A stretch of 62,908 nucleotides of DNA, filler included, from Rhabdomonas costata (taxonomy: Eukaryota): assembly GCA_019059605.1 (NCBI GenBank). It is 35 parts of 35 records of this genome, joined end to end, with 100 filler letters (N's around TTAATTAATTAA, not from the genome) between each part and the next. Parts side by side here need not be neighbours in the genome. Positions count along the whole stretch, not along the records: positions 36,011 to 37,710 come from JAHMHO010010436.1; positions 37,811 to 39,510 come from JAHMHO010010437.1; positions 39,611 to 41,310 come from JAHMHO010010438.1; positions 41,411 to 43,111 come from JAHMHO010010439.1; positions 43,212 to 44,915 come from JAHMHO010010440.1; positions 45,016 to 46,715 come from JAHMHO010010441.1; positions 46,816 to 48,515 come from JAHMHO010010442.1; 28 more parts are not named here. One strand, given 5' to 3'. The notes under the pieces were generated by a model that saw only the letters and a program-made list of their open reading frames with translations, did no database searches and was not told the origin of the DNA. How positions within the stretch are numbered: the first letter of the stretch is position 1; every line of letters starts with the position of its first letter. Position numbers and translations under genes: made by a program. Below, piece by piece: positions 36,044 to 47,480 of this stretch.

Positions 36044-37537
36044 TCCAAAAAGATGTTCAAAGTGTTGGCCTGGTTGTCCACCTCGCACCTGCATTTGAGG
36101 AAGCAACACTTCAGATGGAACACAGAACACAGGACGGCTGTTGACACTCACTTCCTTCATAACCACAGGAGTTTTTGAGGGAGAAAAAGAAAGAGAGAGA
36201 TAAGTTGCGCGCGAGAGAGAAGTGGCGCTTCCCTCCCTCGTCTCTCCCAACATCAAGATTCGTTTTCATTTTCCAAGCTAAATGACGGAACACGCTACCC
36301 GTAGTATCTCACGATGTTCGGGTGCTTGAGGCGCTTCATCAAGTCCACCTCCCGGAGGAAGTCCTCCATCTGCCGATCAGGCTTGTCCTTCTGTGAATTT
36401 TGAGGGAGAGACAGTGTTTTCTTTATGCGACGGGGTGGGAGAAGCGGCCCCGACTCCCTCGGCTTTGAGAACGTCATCCATACGTCTTTCTTGTCACTAA
36501 ATTGACCCAGCTCGACAATCTTCACGGCCATGAGCATGCCCGTCTTTGTCATCATTGCGAGGTGAACACTTCCAAATGCACCCTGTGGCAACCAAAAAAC
36601 CGCTTGGGTCACCAACCGGCCACGTTTCCTCCCGTTCAAAAAGGGGTCCAGTAAAAACACGCACAAACCTTTCCGATGAGGTTGCCCTTCTTCCACCCGA
36701 AGCCTGGGAGTTTCGGGTCGATTTCGATGCTGCGAAAGGAGAAGAAGAAAGAACAGCACCTCAACGTAGTAGTAAGGCCAAGGGGGGGTGGAGCGCACGG
36801 CACTTCATACGAGGAAGAGGAGGGAGTTTTTGAGGAAGGAACACCGAGGGAGAGGCCAGACAAGTCCCGCTCCAGGGGAGACTTAGACTGTGAACCTGCG
36901 GAAGCTGCTGCTGGCTGTGGGGGTTGTTGCAGAAAAAGGAGGAGAAAACTATCCAACGGTCAAGTGATGACAAACGCATTCATGGAAGTGGAACAGGAAG
37001 GCAGTAGAATGAGGTGAAGAAGGTGGTTAGAAAGCAGATCCTGCTCCCAAGCGCTGCCGGCAATGCTTGCGATATAATGGAGTCCGGTAGTTCGAGACAT
37101 TCAAAGGATCCCGTTGTTAACTTCTCCCAAAAGTTAAGCAAGACAGAGGAGAACTTCCCAAATGGAAATTAACACACAGGCAAAAACGGCGATGACAGCC
37201 CAACACTGCAAACCTCCCTGGTTATGGTCATTCGCAGGGTCTTCCCAGCTTCAGCAAGGTGTTGGAGGTAAAAGTCGAAAGCATGCGTTAGATCCGTTTT
37301 ACTTCGAATGGAAACGACATCACCCTCCTGCGAAAAGATGATATGCGTCCGCTTGACCGACATTAGGCTCTCAACAAGAGCGCGGGCGGTCATCGTGACA
37401 CGCACCCTGTCTTCATAGGTCAAGTTTGATATGGTGCCGTAGTCCACCTTGAGGGTGCTCAGAAAGCTCTCGTATGTGATACTGCTTGGAACAGTGAGCG
37501 CACGAACCTCGTTACCAGACATAATCTTCAGCTTGAT
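36044..37537 (-). CDS. PB1-domain MAP kinase kinase kinase, STE11/MEKK-type (partial; exons 37537-37406, 37327-37214, 36914-36811, 36729-36669, 36582-36484, 36369-36299, 36088-36044)
   Basis: PB1: IKLKIMSGNEVR...YEDR|EGDVVSIRSKTDL. Kinase: WKKGNLIGK|GAFGSVHL...MAVK...EVDLMKRLKHPNIVRYYG...LNIFLE. All six joins are GT-AG and phase-consistent. Confidence 0.93.
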
Positions 37538-37810
37538 CTGGTGCAGCAAACGATCAACAAAATGCGTTGCATATGACACAGTCACTACCCAAAAACTTCT
37601 GGCAGAAGAACACGTTCTGATCACTCACATCTTCCATTCAGATCAAAAAAAAAGGCGACAATGCGGTCCCTTTGATATTGCCGAGCAAGTAAAAAGAAAG
37701 ACAAACCCCCNNNNNNNNNNNNNNNNNNNNNNNNNNNNNNNNNNNNNNNNNNNNTTAATTAATTAANNNNNNNNNNNNNNNNNNNNNNNNNNNNNNNNNN
37801 NNNNNNNNNN

Positions 37811-39134
37811 GGGCCCGGGCTTGGGCTGCGACCACCGCAGCGAGGCGCTCTGGGAAAGGCGAGCCGTAGGCGTACACGAACACCACCACGTCGACCTTCA
37901 GCCGGCGGTCCCCGAGAAGGCTGTAGTCCATCCACTTGGGGTTGTTCATCGAGTGGTTGGGCTGTTGACCACCCCGCAGATTTGGTTCTCTTATGCGCAT
38001 GCGTGTCAGAAAATACAAAGACGACGCGTGACACGAGTGACAAGTTAGAGGATAAAAGCGATGCCCCAGAGACAGCGAAGGCAATTGTGGAGCAGTGATG
38101 CTCGCATCTGTGTTGCACGCACAAACCGGAGGGACTCCGGCTTCAACTCCGGGAGTGAGTGCGATTAATATTTTGAACCACGTCGACTCAGAAGATCACG
38201 GGAAGTATCTTCCTTATACCGCATATGTGTTCGAAAAGTACGATTTTCCATGGAGGTCTCATTTCCAGTACACAGGTCCCATTTAGCGAACCCGTCCTCT
38301 ACGGTCCTTTGATCTTTTATACTGGTGCAGACAAAAACCCGGAGCTACTAGGGATTTCAAGCATGATTGAAACGTATACACTCGGCAGGACAGGACGCAT
38401 AGTTCATATACTTTTCTGTTTTCTAAGGGACGTGTTCTTCTCGAAGGTATTTTCCGAGCGCGCATACATTTCCACAAATCCGTTCCCCGTCAAGCATACT
38501 GACATGGGGAAAGAGGGAGGGATAATTGAAGAATTCACAAGCACCTTGAACTTTCCACCGAGAATATTGTCAATCAAGGGGGAGTACTCGTACGAGTCCG
38601 ACAAGCCTGAAATGCAGAAAAGGGGTAGAGGTGGGGCACGGCAGAGAATGGCAGACCGGTGGTGCGCATCTGCACACTCCTGTGTACTTTTCGGATCCAA
38701 AAATGATCCGCGCAAAAAAAATGCGGACCGCATGAACCTCAATCACCAGCGGGAAAGGCCTCAATGTCGAGCACCTCTTTGAAGGCAATAGTGACAGCTC
38801 GAGACCATCTCGGTTTCTTCGGCAATCATGCAAGGGAATTCATTGGGGCCATAAACATCGGGCGGATGACCGATTTTAAGTCATTGAGATCGCCGTAAAG
38901 TGTCCAGTGTTAGCATCACGGAGCGTAGAAACAAAACAATCAAACATGTGTTGTCAGACCGACGATTGATTCAGAGTGGCAGAGTGAGGCGAATTTGTCT
39001 CTGTTCTTGTCTTCTTACCTTTGGTGTCGAACAGCACCAAGGGGAGGTGCCTCTTCAGATCGAGTTCCGCGCAGCACGCATAGCGGATGGTCTTGGATTG
39101 GTCCCCCAGCCCCACCTCACACAGGCAGTCATTG
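37811..39134 (-). CDS. P-loop GTPase-like protein resembling the IFI44 family (partial; exons 39134-39019, 38606-38545, 37961-<37811)
   Basis: EVGLGDQSKTIRY...LPLVLFDTKG|LSDSYEYSPLIDNILGGKFK|PNHSMNNPKW...LKVDVVVFVY. Shows a G2 Thr, G3 DTxG, the IL.G insert and a following VxFV strand. Phases are consistent. The P-loop exon is not on this contig. Confidence 0.6.
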
Positions 39135-39880
39135 CTGTGGGACCCCCCATCCCACAAGGGCTTTCATCCTCGAAGAAGGAACACAACTCGTTACAGAATC
39201 ATCGAATCAGCAACTATCGCCGCCTGCAGAGCTGCGAAAATGAGGTGCTTCCAATTTGCAATGACTCAGCCATCCTTCGATCAATTTAAGTTGCTTGTTT
39301 GGCGCGGTTTATCTCTCCTTTTGGAGCACAAGAGGCCCCCCCCCCCAAAAAATCAGCCAATGACTATAAATTCCAATGCCATGCCCCTTCTTTCCCCTCG
39401 TAGTTATGACCACGAGAAGGTTCCTCAAATCCAAGCACGCAAAGAGAATGGACAGAAGGATGAATACGGAAAATAACCGGAGTCCCAGAAAATCCATGTA
39501 AGCATGAATANNNNNNNNNNNNNNNNNNNNNNNNNNNNNNNNNNNNNNNNNNNNTTAATTAATTAANNNNNNNNNNNNNNNNNNNNNNNNNNNNNNNNNN
39601 NNNNNNNNNNGGGGGTGTGGGGAAGAGGTCGCTGGAGCGACATTTGTGCAGAGCCGAAAAGCGTAAGCACGTGAACAGCAACAGCGACTCTACTTCAAAC
39701 TAATTCAGTGCAAGCGGGGGTAGATAGTCTCAGTGAGATCCCCCTGAGAGCGACTAGCCAGCGCGCGTCCACAAACTGAACTGTGAAAGCTTTTGTTTAT
39801 TGCAATCTGCGGCGAAAAAAAAAGAACACCGTTTCCGGTATGGCAAAAAAGTGAAGGCAACAATCGAAGGGAACATGCAC

Positions 39881-41020
39881 CTTCTCCTTCAGCTGGTACA
39901 TCCACTCATCGTCGGCCTGCTGCAGACCCCCGATTACCTCGTAGGCCTTCTCCGCCTTGCCGTCCACAAGGGGCAGCACAAGGGCCATCCGGCACTGCGT
40001 GCTGATGTTGATCTGGGAGTAGATGGTATGGTCGATCACAACCTGAGCGTGCACACGAGAAATGGGTGACTTGGTCGAAAACGCGTCATGCCGCGAATGA
40101 GAGCTCGCGTGCAGTTTTTTGAAATAAAAGCTGATAACGGTTATCGCCCCATCACACGCTAAATGTCTGAAAGCTGTGGGCATGATCAACGTGACCTCTA
40201 CGATCACAGCGGCACAAGGTGGTTCGGCAAAAAAAGCTATAGTGAGAATCAGGTGCAAAACTTTCTTGTGGGGGTGGTGATGTTCAGTTAGAGCGACGCG
40301 AACAATAGGCTGAGCAAGGGAGAGCTTTTCAAGGTCACCGATGTCTCGACTGGTCCAGAGCGTTGCGCGGCCCAAGGCCTTGCTCAAATGCTCAGGGATG
40401 GGGAGGAACCCCACATGACAGGATAAGGGTGTCGCAACGGTTTACAGAGAACGCCCCCCACCCCGGCTCGACGTGGAAATTTTATCTCAGAGAATTCACA
40501 GCTGGTGCACAGCGTCGGCTAAAACAGTGCGACAAAGGGAAACCGACAATCAGTGCATCACGCAGACAGTTTGCAGTGGAAGAGCTGGGGTGGGTGGAAA
40601 GTTGCCTTGAAGGGAATCAGCTTCGCAAGTTTCTGCAGCACCAGCCCACGGGGAACGCACGGCGACACCACTGTGAAGGCCCTCTGCGTCGTCGTGCCAA
40701 GGGGTCCAAATGAGCCCAATCTGAAAGCACGGAGACGATGTCAGAAAGCTCATTGTCAAAACCCCATGTACCTTATAAGCAGAAGCAGGAGCCAAAATGT
40801 AAGTAGAAGAAAAAGAACTCAGCTAAGACTCAATGGCAACGTACCCCCCGGTGCAAGCCAGCCGCACACTCAGCCCCAGCTTCTGAGTGGTCTGCAGCAG
40901 CTCCTGCGCCGCCACCACGCACCGCGAGGCGTGGTCCGAGCGCAGGTTGCGGACGTTCCAGTAGGCCAGCACCTTGTCCCCGGCGAAGGGTGTGGAGAGC
41001 CCCCCATGGGCCTGAATCGC
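39881..41020 (-). CDS. Degenerate (pseudo-catalytic) class III cyclase domain protein (partial; exons 41020-40845, 40720-40606, 40042-39881; possible last exon 39743-39705)
   Basis: IQAHGGLSTPFAGDKVLAYWN...HASRCVVAAQEL...RLACTGG|LGSFGPLGTTTQRAFTVVSPCVPRGLVLQKLAK...|VVID...YEV...DDEWMYQL. The cyclase scaffold is present but catalytic N/R and the specificity Lys are not. Donor at 40605 is GC. Confidence 0.8.
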
Positions 41021-41862
41021 CTGTAAAGAGCCATACGAAACACATTGAGAAGCACTGGACGCACGCAACTTCCCTCGCCAGACCATTGCCGCGGTTCCCG
41101 TGTCATTACCAGTCACAATGACAGTCAAGAGAGCGCTCATTTTCCGGAGAGAGATTCTTGGTAAGGACTATCTGGTTGTCATAACGATCCGGAGGTAGTT
41201 TCTGCCCTCAACATCCTTCGCAACGGTTTTCATGCAAAGGAAGAATCTCAAACACGAAGTAAGCCATCCGAAAATTCGCATTAACCCACCCACCAAACAC
41301 ACCCCAACACNNNNNNNNNNNNNNNNNNNNNNNNNNNNNNNNNNNNNNNNNNNNTTAATTAATTAANNNNNNNNNNNNNNNNNNNNNNNNNNNNNNNNNN
41401 NNNNNNNNNNGTGTTGGGTGTGGTTGGTGTTGGGGGTTAGTGACGTTTCTGGCATCCTCAAATCCCCTAAAATAACCGTCATCACAGTTGCAACACAGGC
41501 AAATATCTCCCAAAAAGCACCTGAGCGAAAAGGGTGAAAAGTTTCTGAAACGCGCCTGCCGATGTACATGGGTTTTGTGTGGCCTTGCCTATGGTGGTGC
41601 CCTTTTTGTGGGTCCAGAATTGCCTCCCTCCGCCCGCCATTAAACCTCAAGAGCAGTTTTTTTTATGCTGAGACCCTCAAAAAACGATGGAGTGGGACTT
41701 TCTGTATTGTGAGGTTTGAACTCGCTGTCAGGGCGCAGTAAAAGAGACAGCAAATTACCAGTTAGGAGGCGCTGGACGGTGACTTTGAAACACCGTATAA
41801 AGTCCCTTCACCGCCCCTCCCCCCCCCAAAAAAAAACTTTGGATGACTCCAACCGCATCCCA

Positions 41863-41920
41863 TATCGACAGCTTTCTGTTTCGTCCCCATGTATCGACAG
41901 CTTTCTGTTTCGTCCCCATG
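41863..41920. repeat. Perfect 29-bp tandem duplication (TATCGACAGCTTTCTGTTTCGTCCCCATG x2)
   Basis: Read directly from the sequence. Confidence 0.95.
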
Positions 41921-42709
41921 TCTTGTCGTGGTCAACCCCAACCAGAGTTGCGGGGTCGTTTCTGTTTTGTTTTGTCAGTGTTGCATTGAACTGTGAACTT
42001 TTTTGTCGGATTACACTTTGAAGTGACTTTGAAGGATTCAACTTTAAGGTTTGGGTGTTTTTGAAACGTTTAGCTGACATTTGAATTGTAAGTACCAAGG
42101 GAAGTACGTTGGACTTTGAACTGGGCGGAATTGAATGGGATTAGATTTTGCGCTTCGAAACCCTTAAAGCACTTTCTCACACTTTCTCCACTTGCGACTA
42201 CGCGGCTTTCACTTGGTGTGATCCTGCCGAAGTTGAGGGAAATTTTCGTATAAAAAAGACGTACATGATTTTTCAAAAAGGCAAAGAGAGCCGCCAAGCA
42301 AGCCTTCAAGGCAGAAGGCTTGCTTGGCGGCTCTCTTTGCCCTTTTGTGATATATTAGCATGGGTCAGTATTACCCTTTGCCCGTTTTGTAAACGGAATG
42401 TTTCCAGGAAAGCGGCACCTGGAGGGTCATCCCGAAATGGGAACCCTTTGCATTGCAACAGAGAATGGTTTTGTCAACACTCCAAGCCATTCGCAAGCCG
42501 CTCACTCCAACTTGGTAGTTTTTCTGTTGTGGGAACTTCCTAGATCATGCGATTTCGAAGGGATACTGCCTTTTCTTTTGGCGAGAGAATTGCTCATTAT
42601 ACTCACCAACTCACCAATTTTTCTCCCATCCCTCCCCCCCTTCACTTGTGACACCTTCTTTGCCCAACACGCATGTCCCTGTTTCCCACTCGAACCTCTG
42701 TGCAACCAG

Positions 42710-42975
42710 CTGTTCGCTGTATTAGTCTCGAGGAAGGCGACCACAGCCAAACTCGCCGCAGCCTTTCTCCAGCGCAGCTTTCTCCTCGCTGTCTCGGCGA
42801 GAACGCCGCGGAAGTCACGGACAAGGTCGGATTCAGTGTCCCTCTGAAGCTCGTGATTGTTGTCTCGCTGTGCATTTTCACCGTGGGGCCGGCAATCGCG
42901 CTTTGGATGGCGTCGTGGCGGACGGGCAACGAGGGCATCAACAGGGTGCACACCATGGGCCAGAGCTCGCTTCAG
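42710..42975 (+). CDS. Probable exon with a transmembrane helix (receptor-like N-terminal region)
   Basis: SVPLKLVIVVSLCIFTVGPAIALWMASWRTG. AG/GT bounded with GC3-biased codons. Family not identifiable. Confidence 0.5.
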
Positions 42976-43440
42976 GTCAGTTCTCAATTTTTTGCTCTGG
43001 CTTCGTTGGAAATCTGTCCTCTGGGGGTCATGGCCTCATTTAGTGTTTCCCCGTTTAAACTTTCTTCCCTGTGCGTGCGCATTTACCATGCGCAGGAACA
43101 ACCCAACCACCNNNNNNNNNNNNNNNNNNNNNNNNNNNNNNNNNNNNNNNNNNNNTTAATTAATTAANNNNNNNNNNNNNNNNNNNNNNNNNNNNNNNNN
43201 NNNNNNNNNNNGTGTTGGGTGTGTGTGGGTGGTGTTGGTAGGAGCAGGTTCGAATAGAGAAGGCCAGAACACAGCACCCATGATACACATACGAATGGTG
43301 TCTGGGGAGTGGCAGTGGGACAGACACACACACACACGCAGACTGACACATGCTAGAGACAGCGGGCCTTCAAATATTCTCCCATTGGCTGGTCAATCTC
43401 GATTTGGGGCGTGGGAGCCAAGTGCTTTATTGGCTTCAGC

Positions 43441-43442
<2 letters not shown>

Positions 43443-43474
<32 letters not shown>
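43443..43474. repeat. (CA)16 microsatellite
   Basis: Read directly from the sequence. Confidence 0.97.
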
Positions 43475-43478
<4 letters not shown>

Positions 43479-43829
43479 CACGCACGCAGCACACACTTAG
43501 TGCTCTCGGCCAGGGTGAATTTTTCTTCCGGGCAGGACTCGAGGTCCACTTCCCCATCTTAGCTCCCAACTTTCGATGGGGCATGCGCCTCACACCCTTG
43601 TCGACCCCTGTTGCCTTGTTCCTCATTTCTGTCACGTAGGGTTGGTTTGACCGATGCCACCCCCGATCCACAGTGTACGCGGGGCCTTAAGATCCGCAAT
43701 TGGCGCGGTTACAGACCTCTTTCTAATTATTGAACATTCCGCGCTCGAACTGCCCGTTGTCCCCAACTGTCCTTGTGGGCTTGGGTCCTCAATCCCACTC
43801 CACACAATCAAACACACACATACACACAC

Positions 43830-44589
43830 CGGTCGCGGATGTCAGGGTGGCTCAAGGTCTCAGTGTTGCCTGTGCTGAAGTGGTGGAACGCGCTGTCCTC
43901 CGCGGATACATAGGCCTCCAGCACCATCAACCGTCTGGCATCCTTCTGCACATTCAGCAGGAACTCGTTGTTCACCGCCTGAATGGAGCTCACAATGGAA
44001 GTGTAGTTGAGGGTCGGGGCGATAAAGAACTGCGACCACCGGTCCAGCACGGCCTCCAGGCTTTCGGGAGAAACGGTGAAGTAGTATCTGGTGGATTGGT
44101 CTGAGGTCGCCGCGTTGCCAGACCCACCGCAGCTCGACAGAAACGTCAGATACTGAGCAAAAGGGAAAAAGGAAGAGAAAAACCCCGTTTTCACATCCTT
44201 ATGCTCACAGGAAAGAAACCTCTGATGGGGCCAAACCGTCTTCTTTATGAAACAACACCCCCCAACCCCTCGTACATCTGGAAACATTGGAAAGATCTCA
44301 GAAAAAGTAACCAGAATGTCACAAGGCATACGAAACGGTTGTGCTGAAAAGGGAGACTTTTTACTATCCCTGAAAGTCCAAAAACTAACATTTTGCTACC
44401 ACATTTCTCACCTCTCTGCATCGCGCAGCGTCACAACACAGAAGGATTCTAGGCCAGCACTATATCACGCATCCCGTGCGCAGACTCCACGTATGCACGC
44501 ACACCGACGCAATGCAAAGGCAAACATGGCACACAAGCACAGAAACGTGGGGTGGAAAACCTCGTTCGGCGAGGGGTACTTCTTCGAGC
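43830..44589 (-). CDS. Peptidase M16A (insulinase/pitrilysin-like), partial (exons 44589-44561, 44152-43830)
   Basis: GSKKYPSPNE|YLTFLSSCGGSGNAATSDQSTRYYFTV...LDRWSQFFIAP...AVNNEF...KDARR...HHFSTGNTETL. These are classic IDE-family motifs. The HxxEH exon is not seen on this contig. Confidence 0.92.
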
Positions 44590-45581
44590 CTGCAAAAAGC
44601 CTGCGTCGGGGCCGGGGTACGGGGAAGGGGGAGAGAAAGACAACACCAAACCAAACTAACTTCAACACGAACAGGGCATAACTTCAATCCCAATAACAAC
44701 AATCCAGCCTTGACTGAGAAAGGCGAGAAGGGCTCCGCTCCGCTGGTTAGTGGCATCCGGGCTTCACCGCCACACCATTCGGCTGCCCCGCCCCACCCTC
44801 CATAAATTAATCGTTTACCAAATAGATCCAGCCACCGCGCCACAGTAGGACCACCCAGCGCCACCAGCAGGTAGCATGTATGCACCTAGACACGCATACC
44901 GACCCCACACCCACCNNNNNNNNNNNNNNNNNNNNNNNNNNNNNNNNNNNNNNNNNNNNTTAATTAATTAANNNNNNNNNNNNNNNNNNNNNNNNNNNNN
45001 NNNNNNNNNNNNNNNTGTGGTGGGTGTGGTTGGGGTGGGGGGTGGGGTTGAGTGAAAGAGTGAATGTGTGAGAGTTTGAATGAGAAGTAGGCAGGAAGCG
45101 GAAGAAAGTTCCGAGGCAAAAAGACCGAAAAAAAACAGTGACTCGTGCAGTGATCTGTGCGTACGTGTAAGCAACTTTCACACTTTTGTGTGGTAGTTCT
45201 TTTTTGATGGCATCTTGGAAGCACGCTTGCAGGGGCGGCGGTGGAGGTACTAAGTTAACCCCAAATGGTTTTCACTCCGTGGCGCCCCACCGTGCTCCTA
45301 AAGAAGTGCAATGCGGAAGGAAACGCAGACCGGGCGAGCGCATTTGCATTATGTTGCAAATTGGAGCTTCATAAAACCGTTCAATGCACCATTGAGGAAG
45401 AACCTTCGGGGCCCGGCGTCATCCGTATCTCGGGAAGCTGCCATGCAGCGTGAGAATTTTTCGAGTTTTCGAAATTCCATCAGGCCAGCCCCGCTGGACA
45501 TGACCTCCGAAACGGCCATGCCACCTGCACATGCAGTGTATGTATGGGAGTGCATTCGTTTCCGTACGTTTACGTTACTAG

Positions 45582-46715
45582 GTTGATCCCCTACCTGGAA
45601 CTCTTCATGCAGCACATGGATACCTTGCTGCCGGCGCTGGGCCAGACCATCCCCCACATCGACGCCCTGGTGGACTGGCTGGGGTGGACCCTGAGCCGGG
45701 GAAGGTTTGCTCGGGCGATGCACCTCCCCTCCCAACGACCAACCGCTGATGCACCCAGGCTGTCACGGCATCTTTGCCCAACACGGGGCTTTGGGGTTAT
45801 CTTCTTTGTAACCCTCTTGTTTTTCCTCGGGGTTCCTGCGGTGTTTGCTGCCACAGCGGATAGATGCCTTTCCCCCCACGACAGAAATACGAACCCTCGC
45901 AAGCGGCGTTCAGCCAGATAACGCCCTGCAGCTTGAGGGCAATGACCTGCAGCTTGAGTTACTGACCCGTGCAATAGGGTTTCGCCGATTGCACTGCCGA
46001 TCGGGTCGCGCATCTTTCCGTGCAGCCTGGCATCTGCCTTGTGGGCAACAGTTATCTGGGGCAGTTGGTGCAATGATGAGCGCACGATCCGATCCGATTA
46101 TCCTCGATCGTATGCTGAGGCAAAAATTGTGTGCCTGTTGACGCCAGATCCTGAGTTGTGCCGAAGAGGAAGCAGGGCAACACAGCACACCTCCTCGCGA
46201 AGGCGCCTTTTATGCGTGCATGTTCTTTGTTTCCGTATACCTCCGTCCGCACATGTGTGGTATTGTCAAACGTATATAAATGCGTGCAGTCACCACCTTC
46301 TGGAATACCCCTTGCTGGTCAACCGCCTGCCCGCCGTGGGCTGGGTCCTGCGCGGCACTATGGGCACCCTGGGCACCCCCTCATTGCCCAGCCACCACTC
46401 CCTGGCCTATATCCCTCCCTTCCCCTCCTGCCCCGCGGACGATCAAGATCCTGCCCACCTCCACCATTCCTCAAGGCTTGAGGATAGCGATACCCCTTCC
46501 CACGCTCACCGCAAGGCAGCCAAGCGCCGTGCTCACTCCGCTCCCGCTTTGCCCACCACCCTGCCTGTGCTGTGGCTGCCCTCGGGGACACCCCGGCCTA
46601 GGCTCCTCCCACACCGCCCAATGAGAGGCGCTGATGTCGCCGCCAACACACCGGAGAAGGCCACGAAGAGGCCGATGTCGGCAAGGGCCTCGGTGAGGCC
46701 TCCCTCCCCACAACC
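45582..46715 (+). CDS. Unknown protein, partial (exons 45582-45704 and 46290 onward)
   Basis: LIPYLELFMQHMDTLLPALGQTIPHIDALVDWLGWTLSRG(S)|HHLLEYPLLVNRLPAVGW. Phase-2 join is consistent and codons are GC3-biased. Confidence 0.5.
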
Positions 46716-47480
46716 NNNNNNNNNNNNNNNNNNNNNNNNNNNNNNNNNNNNNNNNNNNNTTAATTAATTAANNNNNNNNNNNNNNNNNNNNNNNNNNNNN
46801 NNNNNNNNNNNNNNNTCGCGGCACACCGGCCCTGCCTGCGACGCATTCGCCGAGCAGCGGGCCCACCCAGTCCGCAATTTTGGTGGACCAGGTGCCCCTT
46901 GTAAGTTTTGGTCAAGCTGAAACTTGTCGGGAAGTTAAGGGCATCCTGGCCTGCTTAGCGACGAGCCTGGGTACCAAAATAGCAATATTTGTGTGCTGTC
47001 TGCATAGCGTCCATGGCAGTCACCTTTTTCTTTACCCATCTCTTTAGAGCTTTTCTCCCCTGTCGCGTTCGTTCCCAAGCAAAAAGAGCTTCAACAGGTA
47101 ACCAAATGTCATCAAAGCACACAGTGCAAAGCCAATGCAGAAGCGCTCACCACAAAAAAAACACAACAAAAGCAAGTAGGAGATCGCCTCCAATCGAATC
47201 AAAATCGATGCAATTCAGCAAGATCAGAAAGCATCCAATGGCCCCGAGACTGGCGATATGCCCAGCACAAAGGCTGGGCTAAGGATGCGCAAAAACAGCG
47301 AAGCAAACACTTTTTGTTGGCAAACTTTCAAATCTCAGGTTTTGCATGCCTTCTTTTGTCCAGGGCACACTTTCAAACATAAAAGTTTCTTTTAAAGGAA
47401 CTCTCACTGTGCTGCTAATAGCTGTGACGACTCATCGTTCGGTATTCTGGTAGTATTGCAACAACACCGCGACATTCACT

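Noticed and set aside
36011..36045. Non-canonical donor after IFLEY in the MAP3K
   Set aside because: A normal phase-2 GT donor (GA|GTACGC at 36043) explains the junction.
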